From: Thermofilaceae archaeon
Lineage (GTDB): Archaea > Thermoproteota > Thermoprotei > Thermofilales > Thermofilaceae
DNA: 36,430 nt
Direction: 5' to 3'
Assembly (NCBI GenBank): GCA_038727095.1
Contig: JAVYWK010000019.1
Location: 1 to 36,430, forward strand
In this document: one piece after another, positions 1 through 8,813 of the stretch
How positions within the stretch are numbered: position 1 is the first letter of the stretch
Layout of the letters: each line of letters opens with the position of its first letter
Notes under the pieces: model-generated
What the model saw: only the letters and a program-made list of their open reading frames with translations
What the model was told of the DNA's origin: nothing
Database searches by the model: none
Program-made: the position numbers and the translations under genes

Positions 1-73
1 TGAAAGTCGCTGAGGATATTTCTATGCTTGAGCGGTGCGGGAAGAGTTAAATAGCATCGGGGTACTCGCCCGC

Positions 74-778
74 ATGGCTCGTCTCCCGAAGGAGTTTCTT
101 GAATGGAACTATTACGCCCGCCGCGAGCTTCTCCTGAAAGTTTTCCGAGGTTTCGCAGGAGATCAGGGCGCCATCTTCAGGGAGCTTGCTGCTAGGCACA
201 ACGCCGTGCTCTGTACGGCTGCGAGCCTGCCAGATGGGAGTGTTGAGGTGAACGGCAAGGTGGTCGGCGTGGGCTACGTGCTGGAGCGCGAGTTCCTCGG
301 TGAAGCGGTTGAGAGGCTTGAGGAGCACCTCAGGCTCAGCGATGAGGCTTTTCTCTCAGGCGGTATGAGCAGGCAGGAGGTGCTCCGGGAGCACGCGGAG
401 CGGGGGTTGAAGCTGCTCCTCGAGCTCGTGTACCTTGAGCCCGGCCTAGCCGAGGAAAGGGTGGATTTCGAGAAGTTGGCGAGCCTGGAGCTCGCTTTGA
501 GGGTACCGCACTCCTCAAGGCATACTTGGTCGATCCTGCAGCGGTCCAGGAAGGCCTGCATAGTTTTCCTCCAACCCCCATCGATCAGCTACGAAGTAAG
601 GTGCACAGTGTCCATCCACGAGGGCGACGAGTACTGGCGTCTCGTGAGCCTGGTTCACGACGCCTTCCACTACACCCCGCCCGAAAGGCGCTCCCTAAGG
701 CCCGCGTACATCTTCCACGTGGAGGAAGTTTACGATAACGGTGCTACACCTGCAGGTTTCGGTAGGAGGCTCGCGTAA
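74..778 (+). CDS. Conserved archaeal protein, probably pyridoxamine 5'-phosphate oxidase-like (FMN-binding split barrel) family
   Basis: ORF track 35..778; ATG at 74 (MARLPKEFLEWNYY) looks like the more natural start. Segments HNAVLCTA, VNGKVVGVG, HTW and FLQPPSISYEVRC resemble archaeal PNPOx-like proteins; family recalled from memory. Confidence 0.45.
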   Translation: MARLPKEFLEWNYYARRELLLKVFRGFAGDQGAIFRELAARHNAVLCTAASLPDGSVEVNGKVVGVGYVLEREFLGEAVERLEEHLRLSDEAFLSGGMSRQEVLREHAERGLKLLLELVYLEPGLAEERVDFEKLASLELALRVPHSSRHTWSILQRSRKACIVFLQPPSISYEVRCTVSIHEGDEYWRLVSLVHDAFHYTPPERRSLRPAYIFHVEEVYDNGATPAGFGRRLA

Positions 779-864
779 ATTGTGAGTCAAATAGGGTTTA
801 GAGGCGCACAGCACCGTTCCGGAACCATTCCCAGCTAGTCGGCTGGGGGCATATTACGTGAGTC

Positions 865-2346
865 TCAAGGCTTGAGGCCCTTGATGGTCAAAAGGTAGTT
901 CACGAGAACTGGTTGGGTTGCGATGAGAAGCGCTAAACGCAATAGGTCTGATACGATTCCGACTTTGAACATGCTGGACACCCTCACTTTTCCCGACCCG
1001 TAGATGATCGCCATGGGGGGTGTGGTTGAAGGGAGTGCGCTCGAGATGGAGCAGGCTAGCGCAGTCGAGAGGATCGGCCCCACGGGGTTGATCCCCGCGC
1101 CTTTGGCGAGCGATGCGACGAGAGGTACTGAGATCATCGCGGCAGCGGTGTTGGAGGCTGGGAACGTGATGAGGAAGCCGAGGAGGGCTCCGATCACTGA
1201 TAGGCTGAAGGCGTCGAGGGCGCCGAGGCTGGAGATCACGAGGGCGATCCAGCGCGAGAAGCCGCTCGCGTCTAGGGCCAGACCCATCGCGAGGCCACCC
1301 CCGAACATGAAGACGACGTTCCAGTCAACCCCTTCGACAATCTCCTTGAAGGCCAGCAGTGAGCCTTTCTCTGTGCGGATGAGGCCCAGCGCTAGGATTG
1401 CGAGAACCGCGGGGGCAGCTTCCGGTAGATAGGCTGTCACAGTCTTCGAGATCGGTTCGAGAGAGGGGAGGGCTGAAGCTGCGATGGCTAGAGCGCCGGG
1501 CAGCATCCAGAGCGCAAGCGTAACCAGGAACACCGCGACCACGAGCTTCTCCTCCCTGCTGGCTCGAGCTTCAATCGCAATGTGGGGTGCCGCCACCTCC
1601 CTCTCCTCAACCTTCAGCAGCTTGAAGACGATCAGCCACGTGGTGAAGAGCCCTAGGAAGGCCTGCGGAGTCCCTACGATGAACCAGTCGAAGAAGGTCA
1701 GCTTGAACCCGGGCAGAGCTGACTCGAGCGCCTGCTTGGCTATCAGGTTGGGAGGGGTGCTGATGAGTAGGAGCATCGCACCCGCTGTCGCAGCTTCGCC
1801 GAGGGCGAGCATCGTGGCTTCCACGAGGCTGTCCGAAGCTTTGATCGAGGTGAGGTAGGAGAGCGCGATGGGGTAGACCACGCTGGCTGAGGCCGTGATC
1901 GATCCGGTGACAGTCAGGAGGAAGGCGGGCAGGCAGGCTACGAAGAAGGCGGCAAGCGAAGGCTTCCTCCCCCTGTACAGCCTTGCGACAGCTGCGGCTG
2001 CGCGCTTATCGACGCCCCACTTCCTGAACGCCTTGGCTAAGACAAAGCCACCGATGAAGATCCATATGATCGGGTGGGTGAAGCTGGTGAGAGCGCTACT
2101 CCACGACACGAACCCGAGGATGCTGAAGAGAGCCGCAGCGAGCAGGCCGGTCAAGCCTAGAGGCACAATCTCCGTGATCCACCAGCTGGCCACCCAGACG
2201 AGGCCCCCGAGGGCGATCTGCGGAGCTTTGTTCAGCGACACGCCGGTTAGGCGCGCGGCCTCCTCCACGAGGGGGAGGGGTGGCGCCAGCGCGAGGGCTA
2301 GGAAGAACGCCGGCCCGAACAGCCACTTGATCCACCTCTTAACCAT
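865..2346 (-). CDS. SLC13/DASS family divalent anion:Na+ symporter
   Basis: 493 aa, many TM helices; motifs WWITEIVPL, IWIFIGGFVLA, STPPNLI, VDWNVVFMFGGGLAMG, SNTAAA, LPSTTPPMAIIYG. TATA-like TTTTTAG (minus strand) about 22 nt upstream. Confidence 0.9.
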   Translation of the reverse strand: MVKRWIKWLFGPAFFLALALAPPLPLVEEAARLTGVSLNKAPQIALGGLVWVASWWITEIVPLGLTGLLAAALFSILGFVSWSSALTSFTHPIIWIFIGGFVLAKAFRKWGVDKRAAAAVARLYRGRKPSLAAFFVACLPAFLLTVTGSITASASVVYPIALSYLTSIKASDSLVEATMLALGEAATAGAMLLLISTPPNLIAKQALESALPGFKLTFFDWFIVGTPQAFLGLFTTWLIVFKLLKVEEREVAAPHIAIEARASREEKLVVAVFLVTLALWMLPGALAIAASALPSLEPISKTVTAYLPEAAPAVLAILALGLIRTEKGSLLAFKEIVEGVDWNVVFMFGGGLAMGLALDASGFSRWIALVISSLGALDAFSLSVIGALLGFLITFPASNTAAAMISVPLVASLAKGAGINPVGPILSTALACSISSALPSTTPPMAIIYGSGKVRVSSMFKVGIVSDLLRLALLIATQPVLVNYLLTIKGLKP

Positions 2347-2435
2347 GCGGGAGGGGCCTGCCGAACACTAAAAATCTCTATCCGTCCGGGCTGAGCGATG
2401 GGTCTATCACTGGTTGCTTCGCACCTACCACGCCT

Positions 2436-3359
2436 ATGCCGGTTGCAAGAGCTGTGATCTTTGAACTTGAGGGGGTGGGGGAGTTCGAAGGTTCCTCGAG
2501 CGGGGGGCTTTTCGGCGAGAGCAGAGTGGTGGTGCGATTGAGCGTCCAGCGGTTGTCGAAGCTGGGTCTTCTCGTACAGCAGCCACCAAGCCGGCTGGCG
2601 ACAGCGGTGTGGGAGCCTGCGGTCAGGTTGGAGAGGTTGGGTGGCCGGCTCTGCCGCTTTCACGAAGACGTGGAGGGCGAACCTTTCTACTGCGTGAAGC
2701 CGGCGGTGACGCGGGATGGCTACTGCGGGGAGCACGCGGAGAGCTGGAAGGCGCTCTACGAGAGGTGCGCTCAGGGTGACGACGAGGCCTGCAGTAGGGT
2801 GGCTGGGCTTCTCGCGGAGAGGTTCGCGGTCTACGCTCTCGATTACGGGGGGTCTAAGCTGAAAATCGGATTGACGCAGTCCTGGAGGATTGCTTGGAGG
2901 ATCGCTGAGCAGCCTCACGTCGCTGCCGCGCTCCTCGCGACAGGCTCGCTGGAGGAGATGAGGTGCCTGGAGAGGGAGCTGGGCCGTAGGCCGGCAGCAA
3001 CGGAGGGGGCGGGAATCAGGTTGGTGGAGAGGGTTGAGCGGGCCGTTAAGGCTCTCTCAGCGTCGAGGTTTGAGGTTCTAGCGCTTAGGCTCGCTTCGCT
3101 GTTGCTCGAGTTGGGGCTTGAGGGTGAGTTTCAGGCTGTGACGATCCTGCCGAGGTTTGGGTTTGAAGTCTTCGCTGGAGCGGAGGCGCGCAGCATAGAG
3201 GATCTGGTGGGCGCGGAGTTGAGGCTGATCGACTACTGGGCCGGTGAGCTGGTCCTTGAGGATCGGAGGGGGGAGAGATGCCTCATCGATAAGCTGGAGC
3301 TGCTGCACAGAGTTCTCGACGCAGAGGTACGCTTAACCACTCGGGAGAGGGGACGTTAG
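2436..3359 (+). CDS. DUF2797-like protein with Cys/His cluster
   Basis: 307 aa; C..H..C..C.EH..C..C cluster followed by VYALDYGGSKLKIGLT..WRIAEQ, resembling the DUF2797 core. Confidence 0.65.
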   Translation: MPVARAVIFELEGVGEFEGSSSGGLFGESRVVVRLSVQRLSKLGLLVQQPPSRLATAVWEPAVRLERLGGRLCRFHEDVEGEPFYCVKPAVTRDGYCGEHAESWKALYERCAQGDDEACSRVAGLLAERFAVYALDYGGSKLKIGLTQSWRIAWRIAEQPHVAAALLATGSLEEMRCLERELGRRPAATEGAGIRLVERVERAVKALSASRFEVLALRLASLLLELGLEGEFQAVTILPRFGFEVFAGAEARSIEDLVGAELRLIDYWAGELVLEDRRGERCLIDKLELLHRVLDAEVRLTTRERGR

Positions 3360-3398
3360 CTCTACCCGCTTCACTCACGGCACCGCCATTGTTCTCGG

Positions 3399-3441
3399 AG
3401 TATAGCAAAATTGTTATACTTCTGGAACGAGTGTACAACAA
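3399..3441 (+). promoter_or_regulatory. Promoter and inverted-repeat operator of the AbiE locus
   Basis: AGTATAGCAA-AA-TTGTTATACT (3399-3420, one mismatch) overlaps the TATA-like TTATAC; a third half-site GTACAACAA is at 3433-3441. Confidence 0.65.
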
Positions 3442-4268
3442 TGCTGAGATCAATCGTTGAGCGCGAGGCGGCGAAGGGTGTGGAGCCGACCAGGGTACTT
3501 AGAGAGCTGCTTCATAAGCTCGTGATCTATGCGCTCGCTCAGCTCGGGCTTTACGAGCGCTACACGCTGCAGGGTGGGGCCGCCCTCAGGCTGTTTTACG
3601 GGTCGCCCAGGTTTTCGCTCGATCTGGATTTCACCCTGTCGGGTCCTATCAACGACTCCCTCTCACACGCCGGAAGACTGGGGAGGGTGCTGTCGCGAGT
3701 CCTAGCGCCCGATGGTATTGGTGTCTCAGTCTCGAGTCAACGCCTTGACGAGGCAGGGGGCTTTCACAGGTACTTTCTTACCTTCGGGGCTGAGGGGCTC
3801 GTGGGAAGGAGGATCAGGGTTAAAGTGGAGGTGCTCAGCAGGAGTTATCATACCCCCTTCTTCGAAGTTCGGGCGCTAACGGTCGAGTACCCGGTTCAAA
3901 CAGCCGTCGGGATCAGAGTGAAGAAAGCGGGTTGCATTCTGGCAGACAAGGTCTGCTCACTCGCTGGGGCTTGGCGTAGAGGCTTCGTCAGGTGGAGGGA
4001 CATCTTTGACGTGTACTGGCTTGTGAAACACTGCGGCGCCCAGCTTGACGAAAGCTATCTTAAGGAAGAGTTCGGCACCTACCTGGAGCGCCCCCACGAC
4101 CTAATCGAGCTAACAGCGCACTTGAAGGCTGGAGGTGGGCTACTGGAGGCTGCGGAGAGGGAGCTCTCTAGACTGCTCAACCCTTCGCTGCTTCAGCGCG
4201 AGCTGCTTGAGCGCTACCTAGAAGCGGCGATCGCGGTCTTAGAGGAGGCGGTCAGAGTGGTTTTATGA
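3441..4268 (+). CDS. abiEii: AbiEii/DUF1814 nucleotidyltransferase toxin (type IV TA)
   Basis: LQGGAALRLFYGSPRFSLDLDF, ADK and RWRDIFD motifs. ATG 3441 preferred over TTG 3411 because the TTG lies inside the promoter repeat. Confidence 0.88.
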   Translation: MLRSIVEREAAKGVEPTRVLRELLHKLVIYALAQLGLYERYTLQGGAALRLFYGSPRFSLDLDFTLSGPINDSLSHAGRLGRVLSRVLAPDGIGVSVSSQRLDEAGGFHRYFLTFGAEGLVGRRIRVKVEVLSRSYHTPFFEVRALTVEYPVQTAVGIRVKKAGCILADKVCSLAGAWRRGFVRWRDIFDVYWLVKHCGAQLDESYLKEEFGTYLERPHDLIELTAHLKAGGGLLEAAERELSRLLNPSLLQRELLERYLEAAIAVLEEAVRVVL

Positions 4269-4828
4269 AACTCCGCGAGTGGGCCCTTCTGCTGGAGAGC
4301 TTGAAGAGGGAGGGGGTCGCGCTGGTTCACGTTAGCGCGCTCCGAGCTCTAACGGGCCTCAAAGAAGAGTCATTGAATGTCGCGCTCTGGAGGCTTGAGC
4401 GTGAAGGCCTCGTAAGGAGGGTTGTGAGAGGTTGGGTGTGCGTCAGCGACTGCGAGCTCTGGGAGATAGTTAAAGCCGCCTTTCCATCGGCTTATGTGAC
4501 GCTTGAATGGGCGCTCCACTACCACGACGTACTCGATCAGGCCCCGCCCATGGTGACACTGGCTTGGCTAGGGAAGCCGAAGATCGTCAGAGGGAGGCCC
4601 TACACATTCGAATTGCACAGGATCTGCAGCAGGCTGTACTTCGGTTTCGACCCGCAGCTCCGCCTGGCTGAGCCGGAGAAGGCCCTCCTCGATACGCTGC
4701 ACTTAAGGGGGTACGCTCCGCCAGACCTCAACCTAGACCTGCTAGACAGGGGGAAACTGAGGCTCTACGCGAGGCAGTTCCCCAAAAGGGTTCGGGAAAC
4801 CCTCGAGAGCGTACTGCTCGAACCCTGA
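4265..4828 (+). CDS. abiEi: AbiEi-family antitoxin (wHTH plus AbiEi C-terminal domain)
   Basis: N-terminal wHTH (LWRLEREGLVRRVVRGWV), AYVTLEWALHYHD and AEPEKALLD motifs; ATGA overlap with the toxin stop. Confidence 0.85.
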   Translation: MKLREWALLLESLKREGVALVHVSALRALTGLKEESLNVALWRLEREGLVRRVVRGWVCVSDCELWEIVKAAFPSAYVTLEWALHYHDVLDQAPPMVTLAWLGKPKIVRGRPYTFELHRICSRLYFGFDPQLRLAEPEKALLDTLHLRGYAPPDLNLDLLDRGKLRLYARQFPKRVRETLESVLLEP

Positions 4829-4872
4829 AGTGTAGCTCCCCAGTAGCTCCACCGCTCCCATATTTGCGCCGA

Positions 4873-5997
4873 CTAGCCGCTCGCTGCTGCGCTCAATCCG
4901 ATAGCTCTCTTCTTCACATTGAGGTAGTAGATGTAGTGGCTGTAGGGCACGTCTGCAGGCACCCTATGGTCAACGTGCGGTATGAAGCCGCCCTCCTCCA
5001 TCAAGGGCTTCAGTCTCTCAACCTCCCTCTCGATGGCTTTCGGCCCCTCGATCAGAGCCCTCTTATCGACACCGCCCATGAAGAGGGCTTCGCGCCCGTA
5101 CTTCTCCCTCAATCTCACGGGGTCGCTTCCCGCCCTCACTTCGCAGGGGAAGAAGCAGTTGATTCCTGCCTCCAGCCAGTGGGGGATGAGCAGGTCGATG
5201 TTGCCGTCGCAGTCGATAATGTTCAGCCTCACGCCGTGGTCGCGGAGGAACTCGGTGATCCTCCTGTAGCAGGGGACCATCAGCTCCCTGAAATGCCTCG
5301 GCGAGATCAGAGGCCCCCCGTTCCAGCACATGTCCTCCCACCAGTGCGAGAAGTCGAGCTGCAGCTCGCGCACCGGCTTCTCGATCGCCCTCAGGATCAT
5401 CCTCGTCCTGAACTCGAACATGTCCCTCACCAACTCCGGCTCCCTAAGGATCGCGCTGCAGAGGCGCTTGAGCCCCATCAAGTCGCGGGCCCAGCCGAAG
5501 AAACCCCCCGCATGGATGCCGAGCTCGTAGTCCCGATCCCTCCACCTATCCACGTTCTCCTCCCAGCCCAGGTAGCTGATGGCGTCGAGATCGAAGCGCT
5601 CCTTGTACGCCTCCCAGGTATCCCAGTCCTTAACCGGGTACTCGAGGAAGGTGGGGATGGACTCCCCAACCCCCTCCTTGAACTCGAGCTTCACTACACC
5701 CAGCCAATCCCTCACGACCCTCCTGCGCTCATCCTCCCAAAGCACCTCCACCTTGAAGCCCCTGAACGGGATGTGGTACGGCACCTCGTTCCAGAACCAG
5801 TTCTCGAAGCCGAAGTAGAGGTCGGCTTTGTAGTCGTCCGTAACCCACTCCGGCAACCCCTCCCTGTGCCACCTCCTCAGCGTGTCGCTCCAGTAGCCGA
5901 ACTCCACGTCGGGGAGCCTATCCACGTCCCTGTACGTGAGGACCCTCAGGAAGCGCTCCCTCCTCGTGAGCTGTGCCGCACGGCCTATGATGCCCAC
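4873..5997 (-). CDS. Uroporphyrinogen decarboxylase / MtaA-CmuA superfamily protein
   Basis: TRRERFL start, WWEDM..GPLISP..FRELMVP.Y, DCDGNI, GGVDKR, GGFIPHVDHRVP. ORF track starts at 6018; GTG 5997 fits the TATA at 6017-6022 better. Confidence 0.8.
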   Translation of the reverse strand: MGIIGRAAQLTRRERFLRVLTYRDVDRLPDVEFGYWSDTLRRWHREGLPEWVTDDYKADLYFGFENWFWNEVPYHIPFRGFKVEVLWEDERRRVVRDWLGVVKLEFKEGVGESIPTFLEYPVKDWDTWEAYKERFDLDAISYLGWEENVDRWRDRDYELGIHAGGFFGWARDLMGLKRLCSAILREPELVRDMFEFRTRMILRAIEKPVRELQLDFSHWWEDMCWNGGPLISPRHFRELMVPCYRRITEFLRDHGVRLNIIDCDGNIDLLIPHWLEAGINCFFPCEVRAGSDPVRLREKYGREALFMGGVDKRALIEGPKAIEREVERLKPLMEEGGFIPHVDHRVPADVPYSHYIYYLNVKKRAIGLSAAASG

Positions 5998-6047
5998 GGT
6001 TTTACGCAGAGCGCACATTAAAGAGCATAGCTGCCGAGAACTTCCGG

Positions 6048-8183
6048 ATGAGGCTGGCGGCCGTACTTGTAGCTGTGCTGCTTCTCCTGGCTTCGGGAAT
6101 CGCTACGCTATTTTACCTCTCACGGCCACAGTCGCTAGCTGAGAGCATGCAGGGCGTGGAGACGGGGAGCGCTCTTACGGGTCGGCCCTGCGTGGGCGAA
6201 GCGGTTGCCCTTTACGTCTCTCCCAAAGGCTCAGACTCGTGGTCCGGGCTCTTCCCCGATCCTCTTCCTGACGGCAGTGACGGGCCCTTAGCCACCTTGG
6301 AGGCTGCGCGAGATCGAGTGAGGGAACTGAGGAGGCAGGGCAGGCGCGTTACCGTCTACCTGCGGGGCGGCGTCTACCACCTGTCAGCCTCCCTCGTCTT
6401 AGGACCTGAGGATTCGGGCGGCGAGGGCTGCCTCGTGGTGTGGCAGGCGTATCCGGGGGAGGAACCAATCATCAGCGGAGGGTTGAGGATCACGGGGTTC
6501 AGGCAAGTTGACCTGGGCGGGAGGTCAGCCTGGGTCGCCGAGGTTCCGAGGGGGTGGTCGTTTAAGCAACTCTTTGTCAACGGGGAGAGGAGGCCTCGAT
6601 CGAGGCTGCCGAAGGAGGGCTTCTACAGGATCGCGGGCGTGCCGAGCTACGCTGGCAAAAGGCTTCTCGAGCTCCAGCTGTTCGAGGGTGCGGACGAGTT
6701 CAGCTTCGAGCCGGGGCAGCTGAGGGCTTGGAGGAACCTTCAGGAGGTCGATGTCGTAATCCTCCACTTCTGGGTTGAGGAGCGCATACCGCTGCGAAGC
6801 GTCGATGAATCAAGGGGGGTCGCAGGGCTTTCCGCCAAAACGGTCTTTGCCATCAGGGACGGGTTTGCGGAGGAGTACCCCCGGTACTACGTTGAGAACG
6901 TGTTTGAAGCCTTGAGCGAGCCGGGTGAGTGGTACCTGGATGCAGCCGAGGGTGTTTTGTACTACCTTCCGAAGCCCGGAGAAGACCCCAGCTCCTCAGT
7001 GGTTGTAGCACCCCGCCTTGTGTGGAGGCTCCTGGAGGTGAAGGGCGAACCGGAGCGGGGTAGATTCGTCGAGAACATCGTCATCAGGGGTTTGACTTTC
7101 GAGTGCACCGACTGGGCGCACACCCTTTCCCCGCAGGCGGCTGTGAACGTGCCGGGTGCCATCTACTTGAGGGGGGCGCGCAACGTGGTCATCGAGGACT
7201 GCACAGTCAGGCTGGTCGGAGGCTACGCGGTTGAGATCGGGGAGGGGTGCAGGGGCGTTAGAGTTGAGGGGTGCAGGCTCTACGACCTTGGGGCGGGAGG
7301 GATCAAAGTGGGGACGCAGCACGTCCCCCGCAGCGAGTGGGAGAAGGTGGAGTTCATCGAAGTTGCGGGCAACAGGATAGAGAGGGGTGGAAGGGTTTTC
7401 CACAGCGCTGTCGGAGTCTGGGTGGGGCAAGCGCGGTTCGTTAGGGTTGTGGCCAACGAGATCGCCGATCTGTTCTATACTGGGGTATCGGTCGGCTGGA
7501 CGTGGGGGTACGGGGAGAGCTTCGCTTGCTGCAACTTGATAGAAGGGAACGTGATCCACGATATTGGGGCCGGCCTGCTCAGCGACATGGGTGGGGTCTA
7601 CACGCTGGGCGTTCAACCCGGTACCGCTGTGAGGTGCAACATCATTTACAACGTGAGCGCCTACCAGTACGGCGGCTGGGGCGTCTACCTCGACGAGGGG
7701 AGCAGCTACATCGTGGTGGAGGGCAACGTGGTGTACGATACGACGCACGGCGGCTTCCACCAGCACTACGGCCGCTGGAACATCGTGAGGGACAACATCT
7801 TCGCCCTTGGCCGCGAAGCGAACATAGTCCTGAGCCGGGGTGAGGAGGGTCAAGTCGCGCTCATCTTCGAGCGGAACATCGTCCTCTCCAACGGCTCGCC
7901 GATCTTTCAGGGCGGCTATGCCCAGCACTACTCGATGCGCAACATCGTGAGCGACAGGAACGTCTTCTGGGACCCCACCGGTAGGCTGACAGTGTGCCGC
8001 GAGCAGGCGACGGGAAGGGAGTACACGCTCGACGAGTGGCGAGCGCTGGGCTACGACAGGCTCTCCATCGTTGACGACCCCCTCTTCGCGAGTGTGGAGC
8101 TCAGAGACTTCACGCTTAGAGATTCTTCACCGGCCCTCCGGTTGGGCTTCAGAAGGCTCTGCCGAAGTGGTCAGAAGGGTTAA
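6048..8183 (+). CDS. Secreted/membrane-anchored right-handed beta-helix glycoside hydrolase, GH141-like
   Basis: N-terminal hydrophobic anchor; YVSPKGSDSWSG, GPLATLEAARD, YPGEEPIISGG, QLFVNG, PGEWYLD, and putative catalytic Asp motifs LSDMGGVY and GVYLDEGS; beta-helix repeats. Confidence 0.75.
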   Translation: MRLAAVLVAVLLLLASGIATLFYLSRPQSLAESMQGVETGSALTGRPCVGEAVALYVSPKGSDSWSGLFPDPLPDGSDGPLATLEAARDRVRELRRQGRRVTVYLRGGVYHLSASLVLGPEDSGGEGCLVVWQAYPGEEPIISGGLRITGFRQVDLGGRSAWVAEVPRGWSFKQLFVNGERRPRSRLPKEGFYRIAGVPSYAGKRLLELQLFEGADEFSFEPGQLRAWRNLQEVDVVILHFWVEERIPLRSVDESRGVAGLSAKTVFAIRDGFAEEYPRYYVENVFEALSEPGEWYLDAAEGVLYYLPKPGEDPSSSVVVAPRLVWRLLEVKGEPERGRFVENIVIRGLTFECTDWAHTLSPQAAVNVPGAIYLRGARNVVIEDCTVRLVGGYAVEIGEGCRGVRVEGCRLYDLGAGGIKVGTQHVPRSEWEKVEFIEVAGNRIERGGRVFHSAVGVWVGQARFVRVVANEIADLFYTGVSVGWTWGYGESFACCNLIEGNVIHDIGAGLLSDMGGVYTLGVQPGTAVRCNIIYNVSAYQYGGWGVYLDEGSSYIVVEGNVVYDTTHGGFHQHYGRWNIVRDNIFALGREANIVLSRGEEGQVALIFERNIVLSNGSPIFQGGYAQHYSMRNIVSDRNVFWDPTGRLTVCREQATGREYTLDEWRALGYDRLSIVDDPLFASVELRDFTLRDSSPALRLGFRRLCRSGQKG

Positions 8184-8560
8184 TCGACGGGATGCAGCGT
8201 TAGATCACCACCAGGTCTTCCCAACCGCGCGAGAGGATCACAACCATGAACGTCAAGCCGCTAGAACGCTAAAGAGTTCGGGGAATTCTGTCGTCTGAAT
8301 AGGCCACTCTCCTTTCTTAAGCTTGAGAGTCCGGTCCCTTGAGCGCCTAGAGAGCGAACCGGTTTTCTCAAGCTCGCATTCTTTCACAGCCCCCCTAGGC
8401 TAGGGCTCGGGAAGAGTCCCCGGATGACACTAATATAGGTTAGCTCCCTCTGTGCGTCCTACGCGGGCCTATCGATTGGACGAAGGAGTTACTGAATTTG
8501 ATATTTTCCACTCAATCGCTTGGGTATTATGTACAACTGGTACATCGATTTAGCACAGCC

Positions 8561-8665
8561 TGGTGGGCCCGCCGGGATTCGAACCCGGGACCTCCCGCGC
8601 TCCCAACCCGGCTGCTTGATCGTGAGCTCGTGAGGCGGGCGTCCTAGCCGCTAGACCACGGGCCC
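8561..8665 (-). tRNA. tRNA-Val(CAC) with 29-nt intron at canonical 37/38 (intron 8600-8628), encoded CCA
   Basis: Acceptor GGGCCCG/CGGGCCC+ACCA, T arm CCGGG-TTCGAAT-CCCGG, anticodon stem CCCGC/GCGGG. BHB: central helix CUCA/UGGG, outer helix GCUC/GGGU. Mature length 76 nt. Confidence 0.95.
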
Positions 8666-8688
8666 CTTTGAAGGGCTTTAAGCGGGGC

Positions 8689-8700
8689 ATTATATTGTTT
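8689..8700 (-). promoter_or_regulatory. TATA box of tRNA-Val
   Basis: Minus strand AAACAATATAAT ends about 23 nt upstream of tRNA G1. Confidence 0.55.
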
Positions 8701-8813
8701 GCTTGTACCAGTTAGCGCGCGTACTAGCTAACAGATGTCAACCCGAGACTAACCGCTCACAGCTCTGGGGCTTGCGATAGTGTTTTTACAGGGTGCTTCG
8801 AAATGATTGGCAC

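Noticed and set aside
830-847. CCCAGC/GCTGGG hairpin between convergent genes
   Set aside because: Short GC stem without a T tract; archaeal terminators do not require hairpins.
4832-4858. Short direct repeats GTAGCTCC
   Set aside because: Two 8-nt copies only; not CRISPR-like.
4864-6021. 385-aa plus-strand ORF exactly antisense to the URO-D-like gene
   Set aside because: In-register shadow ORF expected from high-GC3 codon usage; no recognisable motifs.
6996-7928. Long antisense or alternate-frame ORFs (also 17224-18015, 21502-22197, 28350-29039, 28584-29198)
   Set aside because: Fully overlap well-supported genes and have shadow-like composition.
8256-8266. AGCCGCTAGA also present in the tRNA-Val D arm, as a possible att site
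   Set aside because: Only 10 nt, not the tRNA 3' half, and no integrase nearby.
8591-8628. Non-canonical placement of the tRNA-Val intron (38/39 or 40/41)
   Set aside because: The sequence allows it, but the 37/38 placement gives a complete bulge-helix-bulge and is preferred.
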